Shown here piece after piece: positions 1-13,149 of a stretch of DNA of 64,000 bases. Source of the stretch: the human T2T-CHM13v2.0 reference genome, Homo sapiens; the NCBI RefSeq assembly GCF_009914755.1, contig NC_060942.1; one strand, given 5' to 3'. The position numbers and the translations under genes are program-made. Each line of letters starts with the position of its first letter. Position 1 is the stretch's first letter. The notes beneath the pieces were generated by a model. That model saw only the letters and a list, made by a program, of their open reading frames with translations, ran no database searches and had not been told where the DNA came from.

Positions 1-281
<281 letters not shown>

Positions 282-1519
282 TTAGTTAATCTGCCATGTG
301 GAGCTTCTCAGAATTTCGAGGCACTTCAATTTTGCTCCCCAAGTAAGGTCAGGTATGAATACGAAAAGAAGTAATCCAGGAGCTGATCCTTCTATTCTTT
401 GATGAGTATGCTTGCACTATTTGAAGGTTGCTGTTATGCTTTCCTTAATCCTCTCCAGATGGAACATACCAGTCTTTCAAAGATTCTTCTTAGTCTGGTG
501 ACAGGTGATGTGTTACATATTTCTTGGTCAGCCACAAGGTGCCAGGACTAGCATGGTGCTAGGTTACCTGTGGGGCCCTGTGGTGTCTCCACGGCATTGC
601 AGTGACATGCTCAGTGAAGGGGACCTGTTAGGCATTTCATGAGTGGCTCAGAGATCCTCAGTGAGGGGATGTGGCTGTCTTCATGAGAGGCACCAATGAC
701 AGCCGTGTCCTCAGACTCTTGCTCCCACAGGGTCACACATCTGTGTCTCTCTCTGCACATTGGCTCCAGGCCCTCTCTCACCTCATGCCTGAGACCCACC
801 CCACAGCACCTGAGTCTACATCACCTTAGTTCCAGTTGCACATAGAAGCCAAGTGGACCCTCAGGACCTCAGGTCCAAATTCCTGCAAGAGAATTTCACT
901 GGTGTGCCTTGGATCAGACATTTACCCATGCCTACCTGTGGCCAAGCAGTTGGGGTAGTAGTAAAGCAGTATCTGCCAGGTCTCCTGCCCCACCCTCCCC
1001 CTTTTTTTTTTTTTAGAAGGAGCATTCTTCGGAGGAAAGAGTTTTTCTGAACTGGGCAGAGTCTTCATGAAAGCATCTGCTATAAGATTCTTTAACTTAT
1101 GACTCTGTAAATATAGAAAAAGGAATAAATAGGAAAAATTGGACTCACTTTGGAATGGTACACTCAGTGTATCAAACAATTAAACAGAAACACCACACAC
1201 AGTCTGTGGCTGGCCCCGACGGCGGCTGGGAGGATGACAACTGTCCCGCCCTTCCTGCTAAGCCTGTCTTTCCTTTTGCTTAATCTCTGGTGGGGTCCAA
1301 CATGCTGATCTCTGCTGGAATGGGCCCAGGCATTAGGATTAAAGCAAATTTCAGGGATTTCCATAGACACTTTATCTGTTAATTCTCAAAAGGCACTCAA
1401 CAGTTGTCTCCTTAGTTCTAGTTGGCGCGTGTGTGAGTTACGTCGCAAGGCTGGAAGGCAGGAGGTTTGCATGCTTTCAGAATGCCCTGCGTGTGCATGT
1501 GGCAGGTCCTCATTATTCC

Positions 1520-1953
1520 TGTTAGTCCAAACTGCACCATTTTGTAAGCTCCCTGCTATTTTGCAGGCCTTGGTCAAAGTGAAACATTTCACAAGGGTTT
1601 GGGCCACAAGAAGCATCCTGCCTAACCACCTGACCACAAGGCAGACAGGCAAAGACCCAACTAAAGAAACACCCCTATCATATTCTGCTGGGAGAAAGGG
1701 CAAGGAACACCACATTCTGCCAGAACAAGGGCCAGAACCGCCTCATCATGGGAACATTTTATCAACATCCTGCCAGGCAGCAAGCCATACTGCCCAGACC
1801 CCTTCCACCCATACTTATAAGTATCCCCGGCCTGTAAGCAGTGGTGGGCTCTGGTGTTAAGCTGGTCCCCACTTCCGCAGGTGTCTGTTTAAGCTGCCCT
1901 CTCCCTCTGTGTGTGTCTTTCTTTCACCCTCGCCTTCCCTTCAAAACCTGACA
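1520..1953 (+). mobile_element. Solo ERV LTR (LTR47-like)
   Basis: TG...CA termini with short imperfect inverted repeat (TGTTAG...CTGACA), internal TATAAG; body resembles the LTR47 consensus as recalled. Confidence 0.65.
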
Positions 1954-2044
1954 GTCCCGGTGGTGGGCCTTCCCTGTTTGTGCTGTGTTTTCTCTTTTTC
2001 TCTGACCTTCTCTGAGCTACGGCTCTGAGACAGTTTACAACAGG

Positions 2045-2102
2045 CACCTGCCTCAACCTCCCAAAATGCTGGGATTACAGATGTAAGCTACCGCTCCTGG
2101 CC
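2045..2102 (-). mobile_element. Alu 5' fragment
   Basis: cctcccaaaatgctgggattacag...cctggcc. Confidence 0.85.
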
Positions 2103-3005
2103 TAGAAATGACATTTTCATACCCCCAAGTAGGAAAGTAATACTCTCAGAATAATATAATTGGATACATTTCCTGCCAAGAAAAGTTTATCACATTACTT
2201 GTCCCCCCTCTCATTTTGCTGCAGATTGGTGGCAGTTTGTCACGGGCAACTTGGGAGCCATGTTTTAGGCATGATGTGCAATGGGAGATAGGAGAAGGGC
2301 CAGGCCTGCCCTCCATGAGCTCATCCCCAGGATTTCAGCTGGAGGCAACCTTCAATGGCATCTTGTCCAACCTCCTTCTCAGTGTCTAGATGAAAGAAAT
2401 GACACAGCTGAGGTCTAATAATGGAGACACAACCATGACACAATGTAAAATGTGGAAATCCTCTCAAGGAGGAATGAAAATGTCCAATGGGAATACTCTG
2501 AACTGGGCAGAGGAAAGAGAAAGCAGGGAGGCTTGAAGAAGCCGCATATAAACTAGACATTGAGGAGTGCTGTGATGTAGGCCAATGCTTCTCCAACTTT
2601 ACTGTACATCAGAATTACCTGGAGGGCTTGTGAACACACAGAGTCCAGTTTCCAAATCAGTAGTCTAAGGAGAAGCCTGCATATTTGAGCTTGTAACCGT
2701 CTCTCAGCGAGCAGTATGGCTTGCTGCCCGGCAGGATATTGATAAAATGTTCCCAAACTGTTTCTGCCGAGCCTGGTTTGGAGACTCGAGATGCTTCGAG
2801 AATCACCAATTTAGATGTCCAGAGATTTGGGACTTCGGCAAAGGTACAGAGACCAAAAGGTAGGGTGGGTTGGCGCAGGGAAGGTGGGTAGGTGGGATTC
2901 TGTAGAATAGTGAATGCTATGCTAAAGAGTTTAGACTTTACTTGGATGGGCAATGGGAAGGTGTACAAGAGTTTTGAACAGAAGAATAGAATTTAAAATC
3001 TTCTC

Positions 3006-3298
<293 letters not shown>

Positions 3299-3309
3299 AA
3301 GAGTAGAGT

Positions 3310-3440
3310 TTAAACCAGTATCACATAAGAAGGAGTGAAGTGTGAATATATTCTAGAACATGGATGAACCTTGGAAACATTATGTTAAGTGAATGAAACC
3401 AGACACAAAAAAGACACATATTGTATGATTCCATTCATTT
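3310..3440 (+). mobile_element. Old L1 (L1M) 3' end fragment
   Basis: acatggatgaaccttggaaacattatgttaagtgaatgaaaccagacacaaaa...tgtatgattccatt, typical of L1M 3' UTR. Confidence 0.7.
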
Positions 3441-4315
3441 TTCTCAACAAATATTTTCTGAGCATCTAGGGTACATCCTGGTGCAAGCACATCTTGTTAT
3501 TGTGGCCAGCTGGGGCTGGTTTAACACACCAGGTGTTTATATTGTTTCTTTTCCATTTTCTAGATACACCTGTTTTCTATTCCTGGTCTGAGCTACAGCC
3601 CTCCTTCTCAAATCTCTTGGATAGTAAGGAAGTAATGCCTTTTTAATTTCTTTTCTCTGGATCATGCCCTGGGATTAGGCTAGATAATGCATCCAGACAA
3701 GGACCTGGACAGGTGATAGCATGGTCAGTGAAATCTCCCCAAAGTGTGGCCTTCTCCCCTCGGGCCCACAGCCCCACTCATTGGCCTTGCTATTCTGTTC
3801 TGAACCACCGTCTTCAGCTCTGACTTAACTCTGCCTCTCCACCTGGCCCTTCTTTCTGGTTCTGCCACTTCGTGGGCACTAGGTTAACCTTATGGACCAC
3901 AGCTTTTCTGCTTTGGACCTGGATCTGTCTTCTCACATTTTTATTTTTATTTTTTAATTATTACTGCCCTTTCCTCATAACATTAATGGGACCAAGTCCG
4001 TGTTTATACACATGAATTCTCACACCGGGGCCACAGCAACAGAAGTCTGGGAAACAGCCTATTTCCTAAAAGGGTCAGGGTGCAGAGGTGAGCTCGGACT
4101 GCAGGCTTCCTGAGGCCAGGACTCCTCGATGACCTTTTGCATCTCTAGCTCCTGGCTGCATGTCTGGCACATAGCAGTACCTAATTCATATTTGGGAGAG
4201 CAGAGTCAGAACCCATATGTGTGCATCCTGAGTGGGGGATTCAGGGCAAAAAATATTAGCTGAATATTGTATTAATTGGGGTTCTCTAGAGAAGCATGAA
4301 CTAATGGGAGATGAA

Positions 4316-4376
4316 TAGATAGATAGACGGATAGACAGATAGATAGATAGATAGATAGATTGATTGATTGATTGAT
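4316..4376. repeat. Compound (GATA)n(GATT)n microsatellite
   Basis: Seen directly. Confidence 0.95.
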
Positions 4377-4550
4377 TTTAGGGAATTGGCTCATGCTATT
4401 ATGGAGGTTGGCAAGTCCAAAATCTGCAGGGCAGGCTGCAGGCTGGAAGCTCTTGGGAGAGTTGCTGCTGCAGCTTGAGTCTGAAGGCCCTCCGCTGGCA
4501 GAATTCCCTTTTCCTCTAAGGAGGTCAGTCTTTTTCTCTTAAGACCTTCA

Positions 4551-4751
<201 letters not shown>

Positions 4752-4893
4752 TTAGCAGAATACCCTGGTTTACTGCAAGTCCACTGATTTAAATGTTAGT
4801 CTCATGTAAGCTATCTTCACAGAAGCACTTAGAATAATGTTTGATGAAATATCTATGGCCTAGCCAAGCTGATACATAAAAGTAACCATCACA

Positions 4894-5196
<303 letters not shown>

Positions 5197-6193
5197 ATTG
5201 TTGGGTTTGCTGTTTACTCTTTAGGTAAGAACTGTAGTGCACGAAAAATAACCTAGTTGAGAGGGAAATGTGTTTCACAGACGTGATCTCACATGTTCTA
5301 CAAATATTTATTATTTTTACTCTTTGGGAGAAATTCTTCAGCCCTGCAGGGAAAATACCAAAATGTATTTTCTGAATCCCCTCCAGTCAACAGGGAGAAA
5401 TAGGACCAGTGTGTGTGTGATTATGCCAGCCAGCACTGACCTGCTCATCTTTGCAGCTGATTCTCTATGTCAAGCTTTGATATTTTATTTCCCAGTCTGT
5501 TCAACATTTTTTTCCTGCATATCCTCAGTAAGGCCTCAAACTAAAAACTGAACGCATGGGATGGTAATTTACATGTTTACTGAAGTGCATGGGCTTAAAG
5601 CCTGTCTGTGGCCCATCAGGGCAGATCTTTGCAGGGACTCTGCCTCAGTTTCAAGAACAATGACACCTTCCTTTAGGCAGGGGGACAGTGACATCTTTGA
5701 CATAAGAAGCCTGGCAGGGCCCATGGGTACCTGGTACTTAGCTAGTAATTAACACTGAATAAGTGTTGCTGTGGTTACTTGCATCATGCTTGCTTCCAGA
5801 CGTTCACAGTCAAAAGAGAAGAGTACTCCTAGATAATCCTTAAACCTTCCGTTTAAGTTTGCTTTTCTTCCCTTCCTTATCCTCTATATGCAAATTTACA
5901 TTTGGCAACCAGCAGGGAGCTTTCAGATTCCTTATCTCTCACACCCACCAGAACCTAATTTTGTTCATGGAGAGTAAAATAAATATTGCATTGGGGGAAA
6001 GATATGTGAAGGAACCCACGTGACAGAGAATGGCTGTCAGGATATGAACATATATAAAGTCAGACAGTCTGATTCTAAAAGAGCAGTTTATTATTGTTTG
6101 AGCAGCCTGACCGGGCCTTCTCCTTTCTGTTCCGCTAACCAGCACGGAGCTTTAGGTTTTACAACTCTGATAAGCTGATAAGTGAAAAAAATC

Positions 6194-6464
6194 TTTTTTT
6201 TTTTTTTTTTTGGTGGCAGTCTTGTTCTGTTGCTCAGGCTGGAGTGCAGTAGTGCAATCTCAGCTCGCTGCAGTCTCTCCTGCCTCAGCCTCCCGAGTAG
6301 CTGGGATTACAGGCATGCACTACCACGCCCGGCTAATTTTTGTGTTTTTAGTAGAGATGGGGTTTCACCATGTTGGCCAGGCTGGTCTCAAAACCCCTGG
6401 CTTCAAGGCCCACCTTGGCCTCCCAAAGTGCTGGGATTACAGGTGTGAACCACTGCACCCAGCC
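6194..6464 (-). mobile_element. Alu with small internal deletions
   Basis: Poly-T plus Alu arms. Confidence 0.92.
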
Positions 6465-6893
6465 GAAAATTATTTCTTGATGCTTTAATCTGTATGTTTA
6501 CTTACTTGTGAAATTGAACACCTTCTTCATACATGCATTTCCTACTTGTGAACTCCCTGATTGCATCTGCTCATTTTTCCTAATGGACCTTGGTGGTTTT
6601 GTAAAAAATAATAATGATAAATAATAATCTATTAGTTCTTTCTATATTGATTATTAACCGAGTCATATTTATGCCAAATATTTTCCCAGATTGTAGTTTT
6701 AAAAATTGTGTTTATGATATTTCTTCCATTAAGCAAGTGTTAACTTTTTGGTGGTCGAACCTGTCAGTCTTTCTCCCTGTGATTTTTGAGAGTAAATCTG
6801 CATTTCCTTCTCCCCGCTTCCTCCCCCATTTAGGAGAAATGGAGCCAGGGCCCCTCTGTCCTTGGGCTACCCACAGTAAACCCTCGGCTAATC

Positions 6894-7200
<307 letters not shown>

Positions 7201-7840
7201 TAATCTTGATGCCCCACTTTTGAACATCTGCTGACACTAGAACCAGGGGAGGTTCCATAGCCTGAAACTCAGGAACCACATGTGGGCTAGGGGAAGAACT
7301 GTCTGGAGGAAGGCCAGCTTCCTACAAATCTTTACCCAAGGGAGGGTTCTGCCTTAAAGTCCTTAAAATGCCCTCTACCAGAGCTACTGAGGGTTGGTTC
7401 TTAGGGTAAGGTTCAGTTCAGTAGAAGAATATGACACTGAACACAAGTGTGCAGGAGGGGAAGGGCGGGGAGTCAGGAGAGGGCCACAAAAGGGGCTGGG
7501 GCCCCACCAGGAGACTGGGAAACCAAGCCCTCTTTTCTTATTTCCTATTTTTGTTCCTTTTTTAGACCCAGTATGTCTTTCAGTAAAACAATGGTTACTT
7601 AGCTGAAGTTAGAATTTGCATATTTAAGCCTCCCACGTGAACTGAGTATAAGATGGAGAATCATAAGTAATTTAGATGTGCATAGCTATGCATGAAGTAG
7701 TTACGCTGTTTTCTAAATGTGGAGTCGTTTTTACATTCAGAAAAACTGAGGAAGGAAGTGAGGATGTTTGGAAGTCAGCACTTCCTTTTTAATGGATAGT
7801 AACAACCCAAAACAGTTTTATGGGCTTAGGGAAGGGGACA

Positions 7841-7978
7841 AGGTAACAACAATTGCAGTTCACCTGCGACTGAAGTTTCCCAGAATGCGGGACAATCAGG
7901 GCTAAAACCTGGACAGTCCCATACAATCAGGGCTAAAACCTGGACAGTCCCATGCAAACTGGGATGTTCTGGACTTGC
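7841..7978. mobile_element. MER96-like hAT MITE containing a perfect 31-bp tandem duplication
   Basis: gactgaagtttcccagaatgcgggac...gctaaaacctggacagtccc...gcaaactgggat resembles MER96; unit at 7892-7922 repeated at 7923-7953. Confidence 0.6.
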
Positions 7979-7982
7979 TATT

Positions 7983-8028
7983 CACACACACACACACACA
8001 CACATACACACACACACACGCACACACA
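7983..8028. repeat. Interrupted (CA)n microsatellite
   Basis: Seen directly. Confidence 0.95.
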
Positions 8029-8411
8029 GCATTGTGTGTAACCCTCCCCCAAAATAATGCAACAGCCTTTCAGTATCCATCTTTGACAGAGGATGGAACT
8101 ACAGGTTGAAGAGACTCAGATAACTTCCTTAAATTCACACAAACTGGGCATAAAGGAGCCTGCATGTAAACTTGGTTCCGTCTGATGTCAGAGGGCCCTT
8201 TCTACCCTCCATGCTTGGGATTTATCGGTCGGGTCGGTGAACTCACTCTCTCACCCACCCACTCACCACATATTTTCAGAGTGCAGAATATATGCTATGC
8301 GAAGGATTGGATTATGGATGATTCAGAACAGGCTCTGTTATATTGGTAATTGGGAAAGCCCATGAATAGCAAGGAGAATAGTAGTTCAAGAATAATCTTA
8401 AATAAAATTTA

Positions 8412-8816
8412 TGGGAGGACTGAACTCTTACACTAGGCCCAACGGACCAGACCAAACCAGAATGGAGTCACTCCTGCTAGGTGCCAGGCTGTCCAACGGA
8501 ACTTTAAAAAGGGCAGCTTTTCAGAAAAATAGGAGATGCACAGCAGCTAATCAGAAGGGGCCCAGTTTACCTGAGCAGGTTTGATGAGGAAGTCCCCCAT
8601 GCTTTAACCCTGCAAGGGAAGTAACTCTGAAACGCCAATCTACCTTTCGTTCCCTGTTTCTGCTTCTTCAGCCTTTCCTGCCTATAAAGTCAAGTCTTTT
8701 CCCCAGCTCATTGGAGCACATTTTCTCAATTTTTGGATGGGATGCTGCCTGATTCATTAATCAGTAATAAAAGCCAATTAAATCTTTAACGTTGTTGAAA
8801 TTTTGTTTTTTTAACA
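8412..8816 (+). mobile_element. ERV1 solo LTR (MER34/MER39-like)
   Basis: TG start, aatggagtcac motif, TATAAA 8683-8688, AATAAA 8766-8771, end gttgaaattttgtttttttaaca. Confidence 0.7.
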
Positions 8817-8926
8817 ATAATAACCTCAGTAGAAATAAAATTTGCAAGAGTTCTAATGTAATTGGAGCCTTAAGGCAACTCAGTTAACTATTAAATACTT
8901 AGTACAGTAGTTCAGTACTCTTAGTA

Positions 8927-9139
8927 CAGGTTAAGCATCCCTAATTTGAAATCCAAAATGCTCCAAAATTCGAAACTTTTTGACTGCTGACACAATGCTC
9001 AAAAGAAATGCTCATTGGAGCATTTTGGATTCGGGATTTTTGGATTAGAGGTGCTCCACTGGTAAGTATAATGCAAATATTCCAAAATCGGAAAAACGCT
9101 CCTGGTCCCAAGCATTTTGGATGACGGATACTCAACTTG
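8927..9139. mobile_element. Tigger4/MER46-type MITE
   Basis: Imperfect TIRs CAGGTTAAGCATCC...GGATACTCAACTTG flanked by TA on both sides. Confidence 0.85.
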
Positions 9140-10635
9140 TACGCAGATATTCTTAGAGGCACTTCAGATTAGGAAGAGTCTGCATTAGGTTCTTCCTTAT
9201 CTAGGGCAGTCTTGGGAATTCAAACAAAACACAAATCTATTTTCCCCCCATCACAAACACACACACTCACCTACCAGTTGACTAGGTTCAAACTCCAACC
9301 ATCCTGATCATCTTCTCCTTTACTTGGGGGTTGATTTCAGTTGAATTCAAGGTTTGGCATCTCTGGAATTTATACCCATTTCTTGAATAAGAAGATCTAC
9401 AAAAATGAAGCAACTACACCAAGCCTCAGACATTTCACATCATACAATAGTCTCCTGTTTATATGTTTGTCTCTTTCCTTTATAGCTCGACGTCAACGTG
9501 GGTCTTCTTCCGCCATTGGTCATTCTTCCAGTGTCTAGCACAGTCAGTGTCTGCTATTTGCCGAATGGGTGGGTAAACAGCTAAACATAGAAATCCCTGT
9601 GATATGAGAATCGTTGCCAACATCTAAAATTAAACCAATTTTTAGTTTGAGAGCAAATAATATCAAGGTACAAAAAAGTGAAACACAACTCCTTTTAAGA
9701 AAAAGAAATCCTAAACTCCGTGTATTACTCTGAGCAATTGCAGGAAAACTTCTGACTCGCCAGAAGAAATAACCCAAGACAGTCTATGAAACGAAACTGG
9801 GGTTGTGGTGACTTTGATCTGCATCATTGTAGTTTAATTTCTCAGTTTTACAAGTAAGCAATGAAAATGAACAGGACTGACTGAATTACATGTTACTTAG
9901 GGCTTTCGGGAGGTGGTCACAGCTGAATCAATCCGTTTACCTTCCATGGGAGGTGTTAATATATATCTTATTGCTTATTTTCTTTTAACCCAACACTTTA
10001 AGCTCAGCCAGAGATCCAAGGGACAGTGGAGGTTGCTAGGCAGGAGTGTCAGTAAAGAGGCCAGTTGGATGCTGAGGATGGCTTAAGCTGCCCAGTGCTG
10101 GCTCTCAGGAATCTGGAAAATTTAAACATTATCACCTGACACCAATCCTTTGTGAGATCCCAACAGAGCCTTCCCTGTCTTCAGTGAGAGCTGTCTACTT
10201 GTTCTGGAACACTTCTGAGCACTCCCATTTGAGGCGATGGAGACGATGAGGAGGCGAGCCCCCACCCTCCCCATCTCCCATCTAAGATGTCACCACACTT
10301 TCCACATGAAGACATCTGGAATTGCAAAGGAGGCTGTGCAGTTTCTATCCGCTTACCTAATAGCCCCTCCACCGAGCAGCCACCTTCCTTGGGGTTCTCA
10401 GGGACGCTCCCTTTCCCACAGACAGGCTCCTTCAGTTTCCAGCCTCCCCCCTCCAGCTATTGTCTCCTTTTTCAAGTCTGTGGGTGAATTGTGGGGTCCA
10501 CTCACCTCTGTTTTTCTAAATCCCTCAAATCCCTTTCCTACCCTGGTATGTCCAGGATTCATCTCCTCAAAATTTGTTTAAAGGGCGTGGGTTACAAATA
10601 AGGTTAGGTAGCACATGCTATTTAGAAAGTTTCAG

Positions 10636-10675
10636 AAAGAGAAGGAAAGAAGGAAGGAAAGAAGGAAGGAAGGAG
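10636..10675. repeat. (GGAA)n-like purine repeat
   Basis: aaagagaaggaaagaaggaaggaaagaaggaaggaagg. Confidence 0.85.
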
Positions 10676-13149
10676 TTGTTACATAAATGAGAAATACTAA
10701 AAGGCTGTTTAACTGATATTGCAGACACTATAGTTCCATAAAAAAGATAAATTATGAAAAACAAGGTTTGTAAACATTTTTATCTTTCCTTAATTGGCCC
10801 TTGAGCAGACCAGATGACTCAGTACTGGTCTCCAGGGATCAGCCTGCACTCCAGGGCGTTGTGACACATTTATATTGCTTATCCTATTTAACATTTTGAG
10901 TCATATTATTTTCACAGAACCTTATTTACTATAAACGTCTCTATAAATCTACATAGTATACACATTTCATTTAATATCTAAGTAACATATACTATTGTAC
11001 ACCATCAAATATACCCAGTAACGACACCCTAGCTTGCTTAATCATTCCTCAAGTGTTAAGAGGTTTGAGTTACAATTAACGCAACAATCCTCCCTTTACC
11101 TCCATGGATGTAATTTTTTTGTTGTTGTTTCTCTAACCCATTTATTTGTTTTTTTTGTCTGCATATGTGTTTATATTCAAACAGGCAGCTTTGTTTACTT
11201 TTCGTCTTTGTATGTTATTGTTCAAAAAAGGATTTCCTGAATCAAAAAACATGATCAGTTTTATGACCATTACTGGCTTTTTCTGTTGGAGACTTTATAG
11301 CAGCAGAGAAGTTGAGGTCTGAATTAGCACAATGACCATTTACGTTACAAAATTCTTATAAGAAAAACTTGCATGTTCTATTTCTTAATTTGATAAATTG
11401 TCAGTTATGTACCATTGAATTTTTACCCCTGCTGAAGTTACACCAGAACTACATATTTGCAGAAAATTCCAGAGAAGTCAGGATGGGCCCTTAGTACAGT
11501 AATCATAGAGTGTAACAATAGAGAACATGGCACTTTTTTAAAAAGTCGAGAGCTGCCTCTGACGTGTCACTCTTAAAATATGTCTCCCAGCAGTCATCTT
11601 CCTGCCTTCCAGGGCTAGAGCTTTGTAGGTTACCTTAGGGTGATCATGGGGACCTGGTTTTCATGAGGCCATGTTTAAGCTCAGGGGTGACCTGGCTGGG
11701 AAGAGGGTATAAACCCATGAACACGAGTCAGTTGACAGACTAGGATTGCCACTTTGTAAAGAAGAGCCCAAGACCTGATCAGAATGAGACACAAATGAGG
11801 TCATTTTTAACAGAACTAGGGGAGGGGAGAAGGACAAATAGACTGGGGCGATTCTCAGGGAGGGAAGGGCTGGATACGAGACTCTTTTGGGAGAGCCTAG
11901 AAACGACGCAAGCGTCCCAGACACCCGGGCTAGTGGAGAAGAGAGCAGAATGAGAGCAGTCATGAAAAAGAGTAAGGGAACACAAGAGAAATTCGGTTTG
12001 CCTATTTCTGTCTGGGCACAGTTCTGCCCTTAGCAATCTAAGGCAACTTCACAAAGCTCCACTCACTGCACGGGATGTAGAACACAGTGGAGGCTTCCAC
12101 CCTGGTTTGACTGGCTTTTGGGAATCAAGCTGGAAAGCCAAAAGGACATGTTTCACTGTGGAGGTGCCCTCAGGGCTGGCGAAGGCCTTGGGGGAGGTGT
12201 CTTTGCAACTGTGTAGGGGTGGTTTTCTGATTAGCAAATCTGAGGGCAGGGAGATATTGTGATCAGGACTGTTTGATTCTGGGGAAGCCTCTTTTTACCC
12301 TGCCCACATAGAAGACTCTGCTTTGGATACAGAGTCAAGGACGGATACTGATACAATGGACCTGTAACTTGTCCATGGCTGCCTTTTGTACAGTTTAGTC
12401 CATTTGAGTAATCTCTACAAGCCTGCACCTCGAGGGCAAACTTCCTGCTCTTCTGGGGAATTTAATTGTGAATTGTCTGTTTCGGGGCCCATTTTGACTC
12501 CTGTATTCCAGGACTTATCTCTTTGGAGGCCTTGATTTGGAATTTCCCATTGGATGGGGCTACTTGGGTACTGGGTAGCTTCAACCTGGCTTCCGTAAGA
12601 ACAAAGCCAGATGATCACGGTGGGTGGTCTGCTAGGAGAATGGAAATGCCATTGATTAAAATTGGAAGGTTAAGAGAGAGGCCTGAGAGTTTGGGATAGG
12701 AGATGAAGTTTCAAAAAATCAGTTTTTAAAAAAACATTTCCCATCTGAAATGCCAGTGAATTGTTCAGATAGATTACATTGAAAAGGCTGACATTTCTGT
12801 AGCAGCAACGAATGAAGTCATCCGAGTGGATGAGGTGCTCTAGGCCATACATGGAGAAGAGAACACAGTTACCCAAGCCTCCCCGACTGTGTGCGGCCAC
12901 AGACTCTGCTCATTTCCCAGTTAGGAACGATGCAGGGGTCTGCTGGGATCTCCACGTTTCTACCTGTACCTCTGAGGACTGGGTTTCTGCCCACACGAGT
13001 TGCAGGATTTGCTCTACTGAGAAAAAGAGTTTTGCTCCAGAAAGCAAGTTTCCCGTTTCAGACACGGACAGCGAGTTTTGCTTCTAGAATCATTTTCAGC
13101 TGCATACAGAAAAATGAACTTGGCTGAGCTGAAGAGCCACACATATGTT

